A DNA stretch of 58,139 nt, filler included, from Sphacelaria rigidula (Eukaryota), in the NCBI GenBank assembly GCA_964200075.2. It is 6 parts of 6 records of this genome, joined end to end, with 100 filler letters (N's around TTAATTAATTAA, not from the genome) between each part and the next. Parts side by side here need not be neighbours in the genome. Positions count along the whole stretch, not along the records: positions 1 to 9,608 come from CAXNAA020008111.1; positions 9,709 to 19,316 come from CAXNAA020008112.1; 4 more parts are not named here. One strand, written 5' to 3'. A program made the translations under genes and the position numbers. The first letter of the stretch is position 1, and each line of letters begins with the position of its first letter. The notes beneath the pieces are model-generated. The model worked only from the letters and a program-made list of their open reading frames with translations, ran no database searches and had not been told where the DNA came from. Shown here piece after piece: positions 1 to 10,618 of the stretch.

Positions 1-321
1 CGTACTCATTTGTTGATTGCCTTAGTCGTTTGACGATTGACCACGCATCCCTTTCGAGACGGAGCAAGGGGGGGGTCCGATTCCACGAAAAATAAGTTCA
101 TAGATGCGTCAAATGACCCTAATCACTCACGGTGCGCTTGTATTAGTGTAACAGCAGCGTAAAGAACGTTGAATGAACGTTATTCATTGAGAGGAAGCGC
201 GTTTGAACAATTGGTGACTGCTTTAGACGGCGATTGAAGCGAATGTTCGTCGAAGAAAGCGGCCCAAAGTCCCCCCTCCCTATCGTAGCATGACTAGGGG
301 CTCCTAACGATTATAGATGCA

Positions 322-379
322 CAATACAATGGGTTCGGGCAATACAATGGGTTCGGGCAATACAATGGGTTCGGGCAAT
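322..379. repeat. 18-bp tandem repeat (CAATACAATGGGTTCGGG) x3.2
   Basis: Three exact copies read directly; they produce the LPEPIV repeat in the spurious ORF 304-537. Confidence 0.9.
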
Positions 380-2609
380 CCCGTTTGAAAATTCACCCGG
401 GTTACTCCTATCACAGTGGAGTAGTAATTGTGGAGTACCCTCACATATTGCATACGTCGTGTTTGGATGATAAAGAGGGCAGTGCATAGTACTGATCTCA
501 AAACATTCTTGTGTTCCTCGACCGCAGCGTCATTCACTTTGCCGAGAGCTCTTCGGTGTATAGCTGGTTGATATCCATTGGCGTGAAGGTGTGCCGTTGT
601 GTATTGCCCTGTGCGTCGTGTTACTGCGTGTTGGTCTCCCGGCTTTGACGCAATCCTGCAATATTTGTAATGTGTTCTCCGCTATTTGCTCCCGGGTTGC
701 GTTTAAGCTATGCATGCCATGGGGCTAGTTCTCCACGCATCCACGCCCCCATGTCTTGGGGTTCCCCACATTTTGCTGAGAAATAAGTACAGTAATGAGC
801 GATCATTTGTTCGAGTCCTTTGTCAGGTTGCTGCACCCCCACGCCCCCCCTACCCTCCCGCGAAGTGAATGAGATGCACGTCGACGCCGGTCGTCTTCGC
901 CGTACCCTCTGTTGATTCCCGCCGCAGTACTCGGAACTCCGTCAGGTTCAACAGCTGCACGTCGTCACGAAGCCTGACAAAGAGCTTGAGTACCCGGACA
1001 TTCCCCTGTGGGGAAAGTACAAGGTATACAAGACCCCCGGAGAGGCTTTGGAGTCTATATCGCAACACATCCTGGACGAACAGCGCATTCACCATGTATG
1101 TGTTGGCTGCATCGACAAAGCAGCTAAGGCGCATGCTAGATCCCGGAAGGGAAGCCTGTCAGCCAGATGACGCCCTATACTGGGAGGTTGCAGACACGTG
1201 TCCGTTCCACTATTTGACGTGGGAAGCGGGCGGGTTGGTCGGTGACATACCACACAAAGGAAGTAGAGACGTGTTACTCGCCGCTGCGTTTGGCAGTGAC
1301 GACGGAAAGCAACATGCAGTAGCAGGCAAAGTCCCAGAGAGTCGACAGCGGAGCGGGAGGATCGGTGCGAGACGGCCTATCGTGTTCAGATCCAGGGATC
1401 TGATCGTAGTTGGGCCGGGGTTCGAGAATAGGTGATTGAGGGGCAGACGTTGCACGGGACAGTGCGAGTCGTCCGACGACGACAACGAAGATGAAGACGA
1501 TGACGATGAAGTCGATGATGGTGCTGGTAACGATGACGCTGACGTCTTAGGTTGCAGTAGCGCAGTTGAAGGGTAACAAGGATAGGTCCGCATACAGGTT
1601 GGGGATCGGTTGTGAACGTACAATTCACGTGTGTGGAGGTGTTGTCGTGTAGCACGACAAGTCCTCATGGGTTAGATAACGAGATGACAAGACTGTCGAA
1701 CTGGAGTGGACAATGCCGATGTGCGACGAAAACTGACGAGCGTGCTGATGCCAGCGGTATGGTCTCTGCCATCGCTGCTGAGTGTTCACCAACGCTGTAT
1801 CATCCTTGATTGAACCGGGTTGAAGGGCTCGACGGATATGTTGGGCCCTTTTTTGCTTGAGTAATAAACGTTATCTCCCTTGTGTAGACGCGCTCGAAAC
1901 GAGAAAATCCATCCCATCCCAGACATGTTAGTGACCAACAGTTGGTTGTCCCCTCAAGACGCCACTGCGGCAACAGTCCATCCTTCCTCCAGCACGTCAC
2001 TGGAGAGCAAACCAGCGCCGGAGATTGTCGTTTTGACACCTGCCTCGAGGCACGTAACAGCGAGAAGACCGTCACCCACCGGATCCACATGGGACAAAGT
2101 GTTGTTAGATCGCCGTTTTGTTTCCAGCTCATGATGGAATTCCACGCCGCCGCCGGCCGCAGACAAACAGGAACATTCGAAAGACGGTAAGTACAGCTAC
2201 CGACACTTGTTTGCCCTCCCCGGAAATGATCGAGGGCACACGCGGACGGTTCTTCCCCCGATGTTTGGCGCATACAGGCGAGCCCCCTCGAACCCCATTT
2301 CATTGATGAACCTCATTTTATAGAGTTGTCTGATAACTCATCATTTCCAGGTGTGGCACGGTTAGGGTGGTCATTTACAGTTTCGTACATATGATCGTCT
2401 TTGGTTGACAGGGATCACCGTTCAAGGGGGATCCATATTGTTGGGGCTAGAGTCGTCGATTGAAGAAGCAGTGACGTCAGAAATGTTTGACTTTGTTTCT
2501 TCCGTGATACCTGAGAGGGTCGTCGAGCTCAAAGTTGTCGCATTTTGGAGAGATTGAGGTCGAGGATTTCCGCTCGAAAGAGGTGTACGTGATGAGGCGC
2601 GCGCGTCCT

Positions 2610-2956
2610 TGGGGGCACGCTTACGGGGCTTCCTCTTTCGCTGACGAACACACGGCTTGAAAATGTCGATATCCAAAGCTCGCCATGGTGCGACCGACTT
2701 AGATTTCCTGGGACATATCATTTCGCCAGCGGGCCTACACCCGGACACCAACAGAGTCAAGGCGATGACTGACTCGCCGATGCCAACCAACATTTCTCAA
2801 CTTCGCGTATTGTTGGGCAAACTATCCTACTACCGCAAGTTTTCACCGATTTTATCCAAACGGATTCGCCCCGTTACTGAGTTACTCGAGAGGGGAGCCG
2901 TGCTTACCGTCATCACCGGTATGGAGAAGAGCACAGGCTCACTAGGAGGAGGTTGA
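2610..2956 (+). mobile_element. Ty3/gypsy reverse transcriptase C-terminal/connection fragment (degenerate)
   Basis: Translation LRGFLFR*RTHGLKMSISKARHGATDLDFLGHIISPAGLHPDTNRVKAM...QLRVLLGKLSYYRKF matches the Ty3/gypsy RT 'FLGH' and 'LRxFLGxxxYYRKF' motifs; contains an internal stop. Confidence 0.85.
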
Positions 2957-3364
2957 GATCAAGTAGTTCAAAACACCTCGAGATCGACGTTTTTCAAATG
3001 CCATCGGGCCAGTCCCTACAGGGACCACGCCCCTGACCTTTACCCCAACACTAACGCTTCTAGTACCGTTCCTATGTTTTCATTTAGAGTCTTACGCAAC
3101 GGTTTCCCAATCATGCTCAGTAGCGTCATCTCTCCATAGTTCCCTGGGTCAGCCTTGTCTCCCTTTTTGAAACGATTGACTACTGCTCCTCGTCTCCACC
3201 TCTTAGGCGTGTATTCGATGTCCCATATCCAGTTATACAGTATAACCATCATGGTAACCATTACTATCCCGTCTGCCCCAGCTGCCTTTTTGTTTTTGAG
3301 TTTAGCTACGCACTCCTTTCCTTCATCTCTGGTAAAATATCTCTGCGATTATTTCGAGCCGCTA

Positions 3365-5307
3365 CACACGCGGCCATTCGACTCGTGTTTGAAAATCCTC
3401 TATCGCGATGTTCATTCTCTCGAGGTTAATGTGACCCTCCAGAGGATTAAAATACTCTCGAGAGGGTATTTCATCCTCAGTTCTGGTCATGAAACGAATT
3501 ATCTGCAGGGCACTTGATTCCCTGAAGCATATAGTTTTACTGAGGGTGCCTCTGGGGAAATTTGGGGAAACAATACTCTCCAGGGTAATAATTCACCTCT
3601 GGAGTTTGCACAACATCAAACATCTGGACGACATTTGTGTCCTACCTGCCTAGAGGTCACGTTTGGGACCCCGGCAATCTGGTAGAGTATAGACCATCAC
3701 CCGAAGACAAATATCATCCGCCGTTCACAGATTAAAGCATACAATCCCACAACACCTATTCCCAGCTACCACCACAACCCTGCAGCAAAATACACGAGTT
3801 GGGCACAGGGATACAGATACACACTGCCGTGGTTGCGTATGATGTATTTCTTGTTGGTGGAAACTTGAGCATCTTTTTTCATGGTCGCGGCATCGCGCGG
3901 CGACGGAACCACGCGAGGTATAGTATGGGGAATAACCGAATAATTACATACGCACTCATCATGGGCAGTGCAGGCCGAACAAAGCTGCACGGTGTTCAAG
4001 TCCTTTTTACGTCGCACTGTAGGTAGACAACATACACACACATATATATATATATATATACATATAGTCTTGCGCTGTCTGTACTGTACGTTTCCGGCTT
4101 CCCTTTCACGCCCTTCTTATTGTGCTGCAGCTGTGCGCATTTGTTGCAAGAACGCACGTGCGAAGTGCACTTCCTGATGGTATAGAATACCCCCATATAT
4201 CAAAATAAGCTGCAGGCATCCACATTGTTTAGCCATACGTAGCGCATATGCCGGGCTAACTCTGCAGTAAATGGCATCGCACGTATAAGCGCGGTATAGC
4301 ACTATCCTGCATGGTACTGTACAATCCACTAAAGTTTGTTGTTGTGATTATGTATCCTCATCAATATCCGGATGACACTTTCTACGATATCCCCCCCCCC
4401 AAACGTGCATGGTTTTGGGAGGTAAAATCTTCACGTAAATCCAAATGGGAAAAGCCGAGNNNNNNNNNNCTTGGGTTCGTTCTAGCCAATGTCGCCAATA
4501 ATATGAGGCGCGTCATGCAGCCTAAACCCGAACATCAGGCGCTGTATGGCCATTGTTTTCGTGACACTTCTAGCTGGTTCTGAGGGGGGGCTATCGTAGA
4601 AAGTGTCGGATACACCGCGATGAGATTTTTCCGCGTTTTAAATCTAGAAATTATTTCGTGTGTTGTTTTCGTCGACATGGGACTACGGGGTATTGCTGAG
4701 CTATGTAGATACATTTGCTAGGTACATAACTGTTATTCGCTAGCACCACAGCAGCTGCAGCTAGAGCTTGATGCTTTCCAGCACAGCCGTATGGACATAC
4801 ACTCGTGATCAGTGTATGCGATTTGTGTACAGCCGCGGTTGTTGAAGAATTATCTCCCCTTGCCCAACTGATATATGAATTGAGGGGCAAGAGGATAATT
4901 TTTCCACAATTTCTGCTGCCTCTCGAATCTCATCCGCTGATACGGTGCAGTTTGTGGGACTCAAACAGCAGACGCTGCTCGCAAATGACTTATTTTTTCG
5001 CCCAATTCCAGGTATTGGCGGGCAAGTGAGGATTGATTTCGAACAGCTTCTGGTGTACAAATTCATCTGTGAGTATTTTTTATTTCGAAAAGCAGAGGCT
5101 GTCCAGGTTCCAGATTTCCACAACACTTGTGCCTTCAAAAACAATCCAGGGGATTTTAATATTGACGCATACCTTCGAGGGCCCCAACATAAAAATCCTC
5201 TCGAGGATTGCGAACATCTACGATCCTCTGGTGGTGATTTCAAATCGGACGAAACTGAGGGTGACGTTTGGAAAATCCTCTGTAGGGTAGCCGAACGGCC
5301 GCGTGTG
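3365..5307. mobile_element. Non-autonomous TIR DNA transposon (CACAC...GTGTG termini, 2-bp TSD; CMC/EnSpm-like) inserted in the LINE
   Basis: TIRs CACACGCGGCCATTCG (3365-3380) and CGAACGGCCGCGTGTG (5292-5307), flanked by TA on both sides, with subterminal AAAATCCTC/CTCGAG(G) repeats. Removing it restores the LINE frame TSKRED|SGSK*SQRYFTRDE. Confidence 0.85.
4374..4607. mobile_element. MITE with GAC...GTC TIRs and 4-bp TSD (GGAT), nested in the CACAC element
   Basis: GACACTTTCTACGATATCCCCCCC at the left and GGGGGGGCTATCGTAGAAAGTGTC at the right; GGAT at 4370-4373 and 4608-4611; contains a 10-N gap. Confidence 0.85.
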
Positions 5308-6033
5308 TATCCTCCCGTTTTGACGTCTCTACATTTGCTTCTGCCCACTCTTTGATTTCTTTTTTGAATTCCTTGTCAAACTTCGTGTTAGTTTTTGGTG
5401 TTCCTAGCTTACGGTAGCGCTCGGCTAGCACTTCTCTCTACCCCTTCGAACTGCTGAACACTTTAACGTTCTGTGCCCACAGTGTGGCTTTCCCGTTGTC
5501 TATCTTCCTTGCCTGATCTCTCATAATCCCTTTTATCCCTACCCACATATATATGTTTTATTCCGCCATCGAAATCTTCATCTGTTTTTTTCGCGACGTC
5601 TTCTCATACTTCCTTTTTTTCCTTCTGTACCATATTTTTGCTTCCTTTCGGTCTTTAGTATACTCCTCCCATCCTCCCGTAGTTTTTCTCGACATCCATC
5701 TCGCGCGGGCCTCTCTCCTTACTCTAATAGCCTTTTTTACTTCCTCATCCCACCATTTTACTGCTATGTTGCATACTCTCGGTTTCTTCCCTATGACTTT
5801 ACTCGCTGTGTGCTTGACCAACTGCTTTCATCCTTCTACAATCTTCGCTCCTGACCTAGTTCTTTCTTTTTCGATAACAACTGTACCTACGCGTTCCAAC
5901 AGCTCGGCATATTTCACTGCATGTTTGCCTACCTCTCCTTGGAACTCTTGCTGTTGTTCTTCCACATCTAGTATATCGATTCTCAACTGTACAACTCCCT
6001 ACCCCGCATATTTGCTTTAGCTCTCGTATTTTA

Positions 6034-6460
6034 ACGCGGTATTTTACAAATTGGTGGTGGATTCTTTATTGGGGATGAGAACCCGGAGAATAAAAATCTT
6101 CGTATCCGCACCAAATGTTCAAAATATGGTTCCTGTTCTTCAGTTGCTGGTAGCTAATGACAACTACTACACGCCATACGAACTTGGATTTCGATAACCG
6201 AAATATTGGGGCTCTAAGTCGAAAACCGATTTTTGGGAATTTCAGGTGATCCGATCGGACCCCAAAATTGGTTTTTGGCCTAAGACCCCAACATTTCGGT
6301 TGTCGAAATTCAAATTAGTATTGCGTGTAGTAGTTGTCAATAACTACCAGCGAGTGAAGAAATGGAACCACATTTCGAACATTTGGTGCGGATACTATTT
6401 TTTTCATTCTCTGGGCTCTCATCCCCCCCATGAAACCACCCCCAATTAGTAAAATCCCGT
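6034..6460. mobile_element. Foldback MITE (~200-bp inverted arms) inserted in LINE ORF2
   Basis: 6034-6238 is an imperfect reverse complement of 6259-6460 (e.g. GTATCCGCACCAAATGTTC / GAACATTTGGTGCGGATAC). A related fragment GGATGAGAACCCGGAG lies at ~38690-38729. Confidence 0.8.
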
Positions 6461-9233
6461 CTTTTGTTGGCTTTCTGTCCATAATAGGCAGTGATCTGTG
6501 GTTCCCACGTCATCCGCGCATATATGCACTTTGATTTCTTCAAATTTTCTATGTTCTACCACTATATAGTCAGGAACGGAGTGTTCTCTCTTTTGCGTCT
6601 GCATTCCCTCGTCCATGTCCACTGCGCCTCTGGCTGTGGTTCTCTATCGGTCAGCGTCTTCATCTCGTTATTTTCAAGGAACTTGAGCATTTCTACCCCA
6701 GTCGTCTTCTTCGTAACTTCCCCGTCTTGCCCAATGATATCATCCCGTTGACCTGCTCTTCCTACCCTTGCAGTAAAGTCTCCCACTAACATTACTCATC
6801 CTTGCATTTTACACTCATGTACATCTATCTGCTGCTATTTCTCCAAACCTATGCTGCATATCGTCTACCCTACGCTTCAATTCTGGGGCATATAGATGTC
6901 CCCTAAGAAGAAGTCCTTCGTTTCCCGCTCTCCTGGTACCTATATCCATATGCTCTCGTCAAATTTTGTGTCATCGATCACTTCTGTAGTATCACACAGG
7001 TATATTTTGACTATAAGCCCTACTCCCCCCGCTCCCCTGCTCTTGGGTTTCTGTCCCTTCCACGTTTCCCCTCTCCATGCGCACTCTTCAACTTTGTATC
7101 CTATTTCCGCCCCCTCTTCCTCCCATGACTCTTGAATTCCTACTATATTTAGGGCGTGTTTACTCACTTGTTGCGCCATCTCTTCTCGTTTGCGCTTGTC
7201 TGTGGCGAATCCACACACGTTCCACGTTCCTATTCTCAACTTCCTTTCCGAATCACTAGCTGCTCTCTTGTTGTCTCCTATCCTCTTCCCGTGTATTTCA
7301 CTCCTACCTTCCCTTGCTTGATTGTTCTGCCCTTTGCCGGTTTGAGCGTCGTCATTTTGCTTTGGGGCGCTGTGTCCCCTTCCTTTATCCTTCCGGGGAT
7401 TTACCCGTTCCTACCTCTCTTTCCCTCCGTTTGCCCGTGCACTACGTCTGAGGTTTGTAAATCCGTCAGCAATGCATGCTTTCTATCCTACCCTTCTGAC
7501 CCTTACCGATACCTTACTTATTTCTATCGCTTTACACTCCTTGCTCGATCTCTGCTTTAGTGTGACTCGGAAGTGTTCTCCCTCCCTTTATACTTTTCCT
7601 GTTGCGCAACAGTATAATCCAACTTCCTCGCATTTGTTTTTGAACTCCATTCTCGTCATATCGCGACGGACTCCGAATATCAGCACTACTAGGACTTTAC
7701 CCGACCACTCTTTACTCCTCCATCCGCCCTCCCTTACCGTCTCTCTCTCGATCTCCTTCGAGAGAATCTCCAGCTCCTTCGTTTTAATTGTATTGGTGGA
7801 AACCTTCAACGTACTGGGATATCCCAATCCTAGTACTCATTGGGGGTCTGGCTCTTTCTAGTTCTTTCGCTGGCTTACCGACGCTAAATACTGCATCCAA
7901 CATGGGCTTGTAGCCTGAGGCCAAGTTCAACACCCTTGACACAAGTACCCCACGTTTGTGCCAGGCGATTTCCATGGGAAACCATCCAGGCGTCTCACGA
8001 TCGTTTCTCCTATCTTTTTGCCCCGCTGCTGATTGTTTACTTTCTTCCAGAAAGGTCATTTTCGCCGTGTAAGGTTCAAGGACGGCTTGCAGAACACAAG
8101 GTCTTACTAACATCGGGATATCCCTTACACCTCTATTCCATTCCGTGTACGATTCACCATGTATCGCTATGTTCAGTGATTCGTGATCCGTACACCGGAA
8201 CAGATGGAAACGACTGATAAAGTCGATCAAAGGACACGGCAGAGCCGATCTGGTTGTAGAGGAATACTATCATGTAGCCAGACAGGGCAAAGAGAAGGAA
8301 GGAAAAGAAGGAAGAGAAAGAAGTGAACTCGTGTGGCTACCCAATTAACACCGTGGTAAGCGGAGCTCTCAGACATTGCGTACGTGAGTACAAGGCATAC
8401 GCCTACTATGGTATCATATCCCACCGCATGTAACTGTCATAACCCGTGAAGACGGATACCTCTGTACCGTGGTTGATCTGTACTATGGACTACACTGAAA
8501 AGGCTGTTCACATCAACACCCCCTTACACGGTCGTTTCAGTAGTAGGCTCACGGGAAACCATTCAAGACAACGGTTCATCCTGTGAGCGGGGATGTCTCA
8601 CCAAACTACTCACGTCACTGAACTGGTACTTTAAGGGAAACATCGCACCTGCCCCTATAGGCAATATATACCAGAATCATATGTGCGCCCCGCCCCTTCT
8701 TTCGAAACATCAAATCTCTCTGTACCTCATTCAAATTCTTGCGCTCGAAGAACCCGATCACCGTTCCAAGATCCCAAACCATGGTCTCTCGAAAGTAGAG
8801 TAATGATGATATCCGTACTTGGAAATTTATAAAGAAACTCGCACGTTTTGCGCTTTTCTATGGTGCAAGCAATACAGTGCACACTGAGTATCGGTTCAGA
8901 CATGTATCCAACTCTGCAGCATAGTACAAAATCAAGACCCTCACGCATATGTTGCAGCACAGCGTGGCATAATCAAGTGCACATGCCCTATTTTTCAAAG
9001 CTTCGAGATATCAATCTTCCAAACAGAAAAACACAAAAAGCCTATTTCAGTCAAAAACTATGCAACTCTTACATCGCGATCCGGCGGAGCAAACCTTCTC
9101 GGCACATACTGTCATTCAAGCGTATGATCAATCGTGTGCCAAGATCCCACTTAGCAAACCGGCAGAGCGAAATTATGCTTAACTGCTTTCAACACGCACA
9201 ATCAAAAGCACAACATGACATCACATCCTGCTC

Positions 9234-9265
<32 letters not shown>

Positions 9266-9608
9266 TTCTCTCCTTTTCTTTTTTTTTTCCTCCCCCCTTT
9301 CCCTCCTCCCTTGCCGNNNNNNNNNNCAAAACACCAACCCCAAGCCCACCCTCCTCCCCCCCCCCCCCCCCCTCATGTTTTGTTTTGAAACAGTTTGCGT
9401 CTCTCTCTTGCCCCCCTCGTTTCGGGCTACGACAATTGGGGGGCGTCTGCATCGTGGAGCGTCGTTACCTCTCTCCACCGACGTCCATCGAGAGATCCAT
9501 GCAGCGGGGAATTGTGCTCGTTGCCGGTTCGCGCCACCCCACATTAAACAGGGTTGCCAGAAAAATGAGAACGTATTTTGAAATGAGAATCTACCGCTCC
9601 CCGGGATT

Positions 9609-9708
9609 NNNNNNNNNNNNNNNNNNNNNNNNNNNNNNNNNNNNNNNNNNNNTTAATTAATTAANNNNNNNNNNNNNNNNNNNNNNNNNNNNNNNNNNNN
9701 NNNNNNNN
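9609..9708. other. Artificial contig linker N44-TTAATTAATTAA-N44
   Basis: 100-bp spacer whose 12-mer has stops in all six frames. Confidence 0.98.
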
Positions 9709-10618
9709 CCCCCCCGCCCCCCGTTTTTAAAGGGTTGATTTTTCAATGTTTAATTTTCTCACGCAAGCAACAAATGCTTCCGCCCCCCCCCCCCCGCCCC
9801 CCCACGAGACTGTGGTTCGGATCATGACCCTGCCTCGTTTCACCACTCCTCTCATATCTAACCCACATCCTGTAAGGGGTAAGGGGGGGTGTACTCGCCG
9901 TACATAGATCCTACGGCATGCACACTTTTTTTCAAAATTTGTCGATAGTTTGACGAAGCCAAACTTTGCAAACGTAGCCGAGGGGGCATATGTGTTTCTT
10001 TTCTTTCGTCGAAAGGAAGTATGGCACAAGGATAATGATACGATTGGGCGAGGATAGACGGATATTTTCAGGGCTTACTCGCAATATCTGAACCATAGTA
10101 CGTGTTCTGATCAAACCTGCGATAGCAACGAAAGTATACAACTGTGTTTTATTCTAAGGTTTTAATTGTTGAGGTGTCACTGTAGAAAGCACAACTTCGC
10201 GTAGTACCAAAGCACCCGGGAATGAGTTTTGTATGGGCATAAAAATCGACCCAAACTACCATAAAGAGCGGGGAGGTGGGTGGTAATATTTACTGACAAT
10301 ATCGATGAGTGTGTTCCCATTCCATTGTTTGATCGACAGCCGCGTTTTGTCTGTGATAATCGAAAGATGCGAACCTTTGGGCTCGACCTATGTCGTTCGT
10401 GAAGTGTCATCGTTTACTGACTTGCTACGCGGGCGAAAAGACGAAGATACTTGACTGCCAAAGCGAAGATATTTTGTCAGCTTGACTCAACACTTTGTTC
10501 TGTCGCTGCGAGCCTGGTGCCCTATCGTCCATGTCTGCGAATACATCAAAACGTGGGCGGACTCGTGATTTTTTTTTGATACAGCCCATCACTACCACTC
10601 CTCATCTGTACCACACAG

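Larger units (their letters stand above)
3040..8230 (-). mobile_element. Decayed APE-type non-LTR retrotransposon (LINE): ORF1-like region, endonuclease and RT N-terminus, interrupted by insertions and 3'-truncated
   Basis: Endonuclease motifs MRIGTWNV...IVGIQESW (7239-6940), LVGDFTARVG (6792) and TDHCLLW. RT N-terminal region KLKNKKAAGADGI...PKRWRRGAVVNRFKKGDKADPGNYG (3343-3040). Many stops and frameshifts. The ORF1 assignment of 7240-8230 is inference. Confidence 0.85.

Noticed and set aside
850..2420. Several overlapping ORFs that look coding
   Set aside because: No recognisable motif in any frame and many stops; possibly decayed retroelement, but not supportable.
8848..9660. 270-aa ORF with poly-Pro
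   Set aside because: Runs through poly-C/poly-T tracts and N gaps; low-quality contig end.
9653..9664. Recurrent TTAATTAATTAA every ~9.7 kb as a biological periodic signal
   Set aside because: Always centred in 44+44 Ns; it is an assembly linker.
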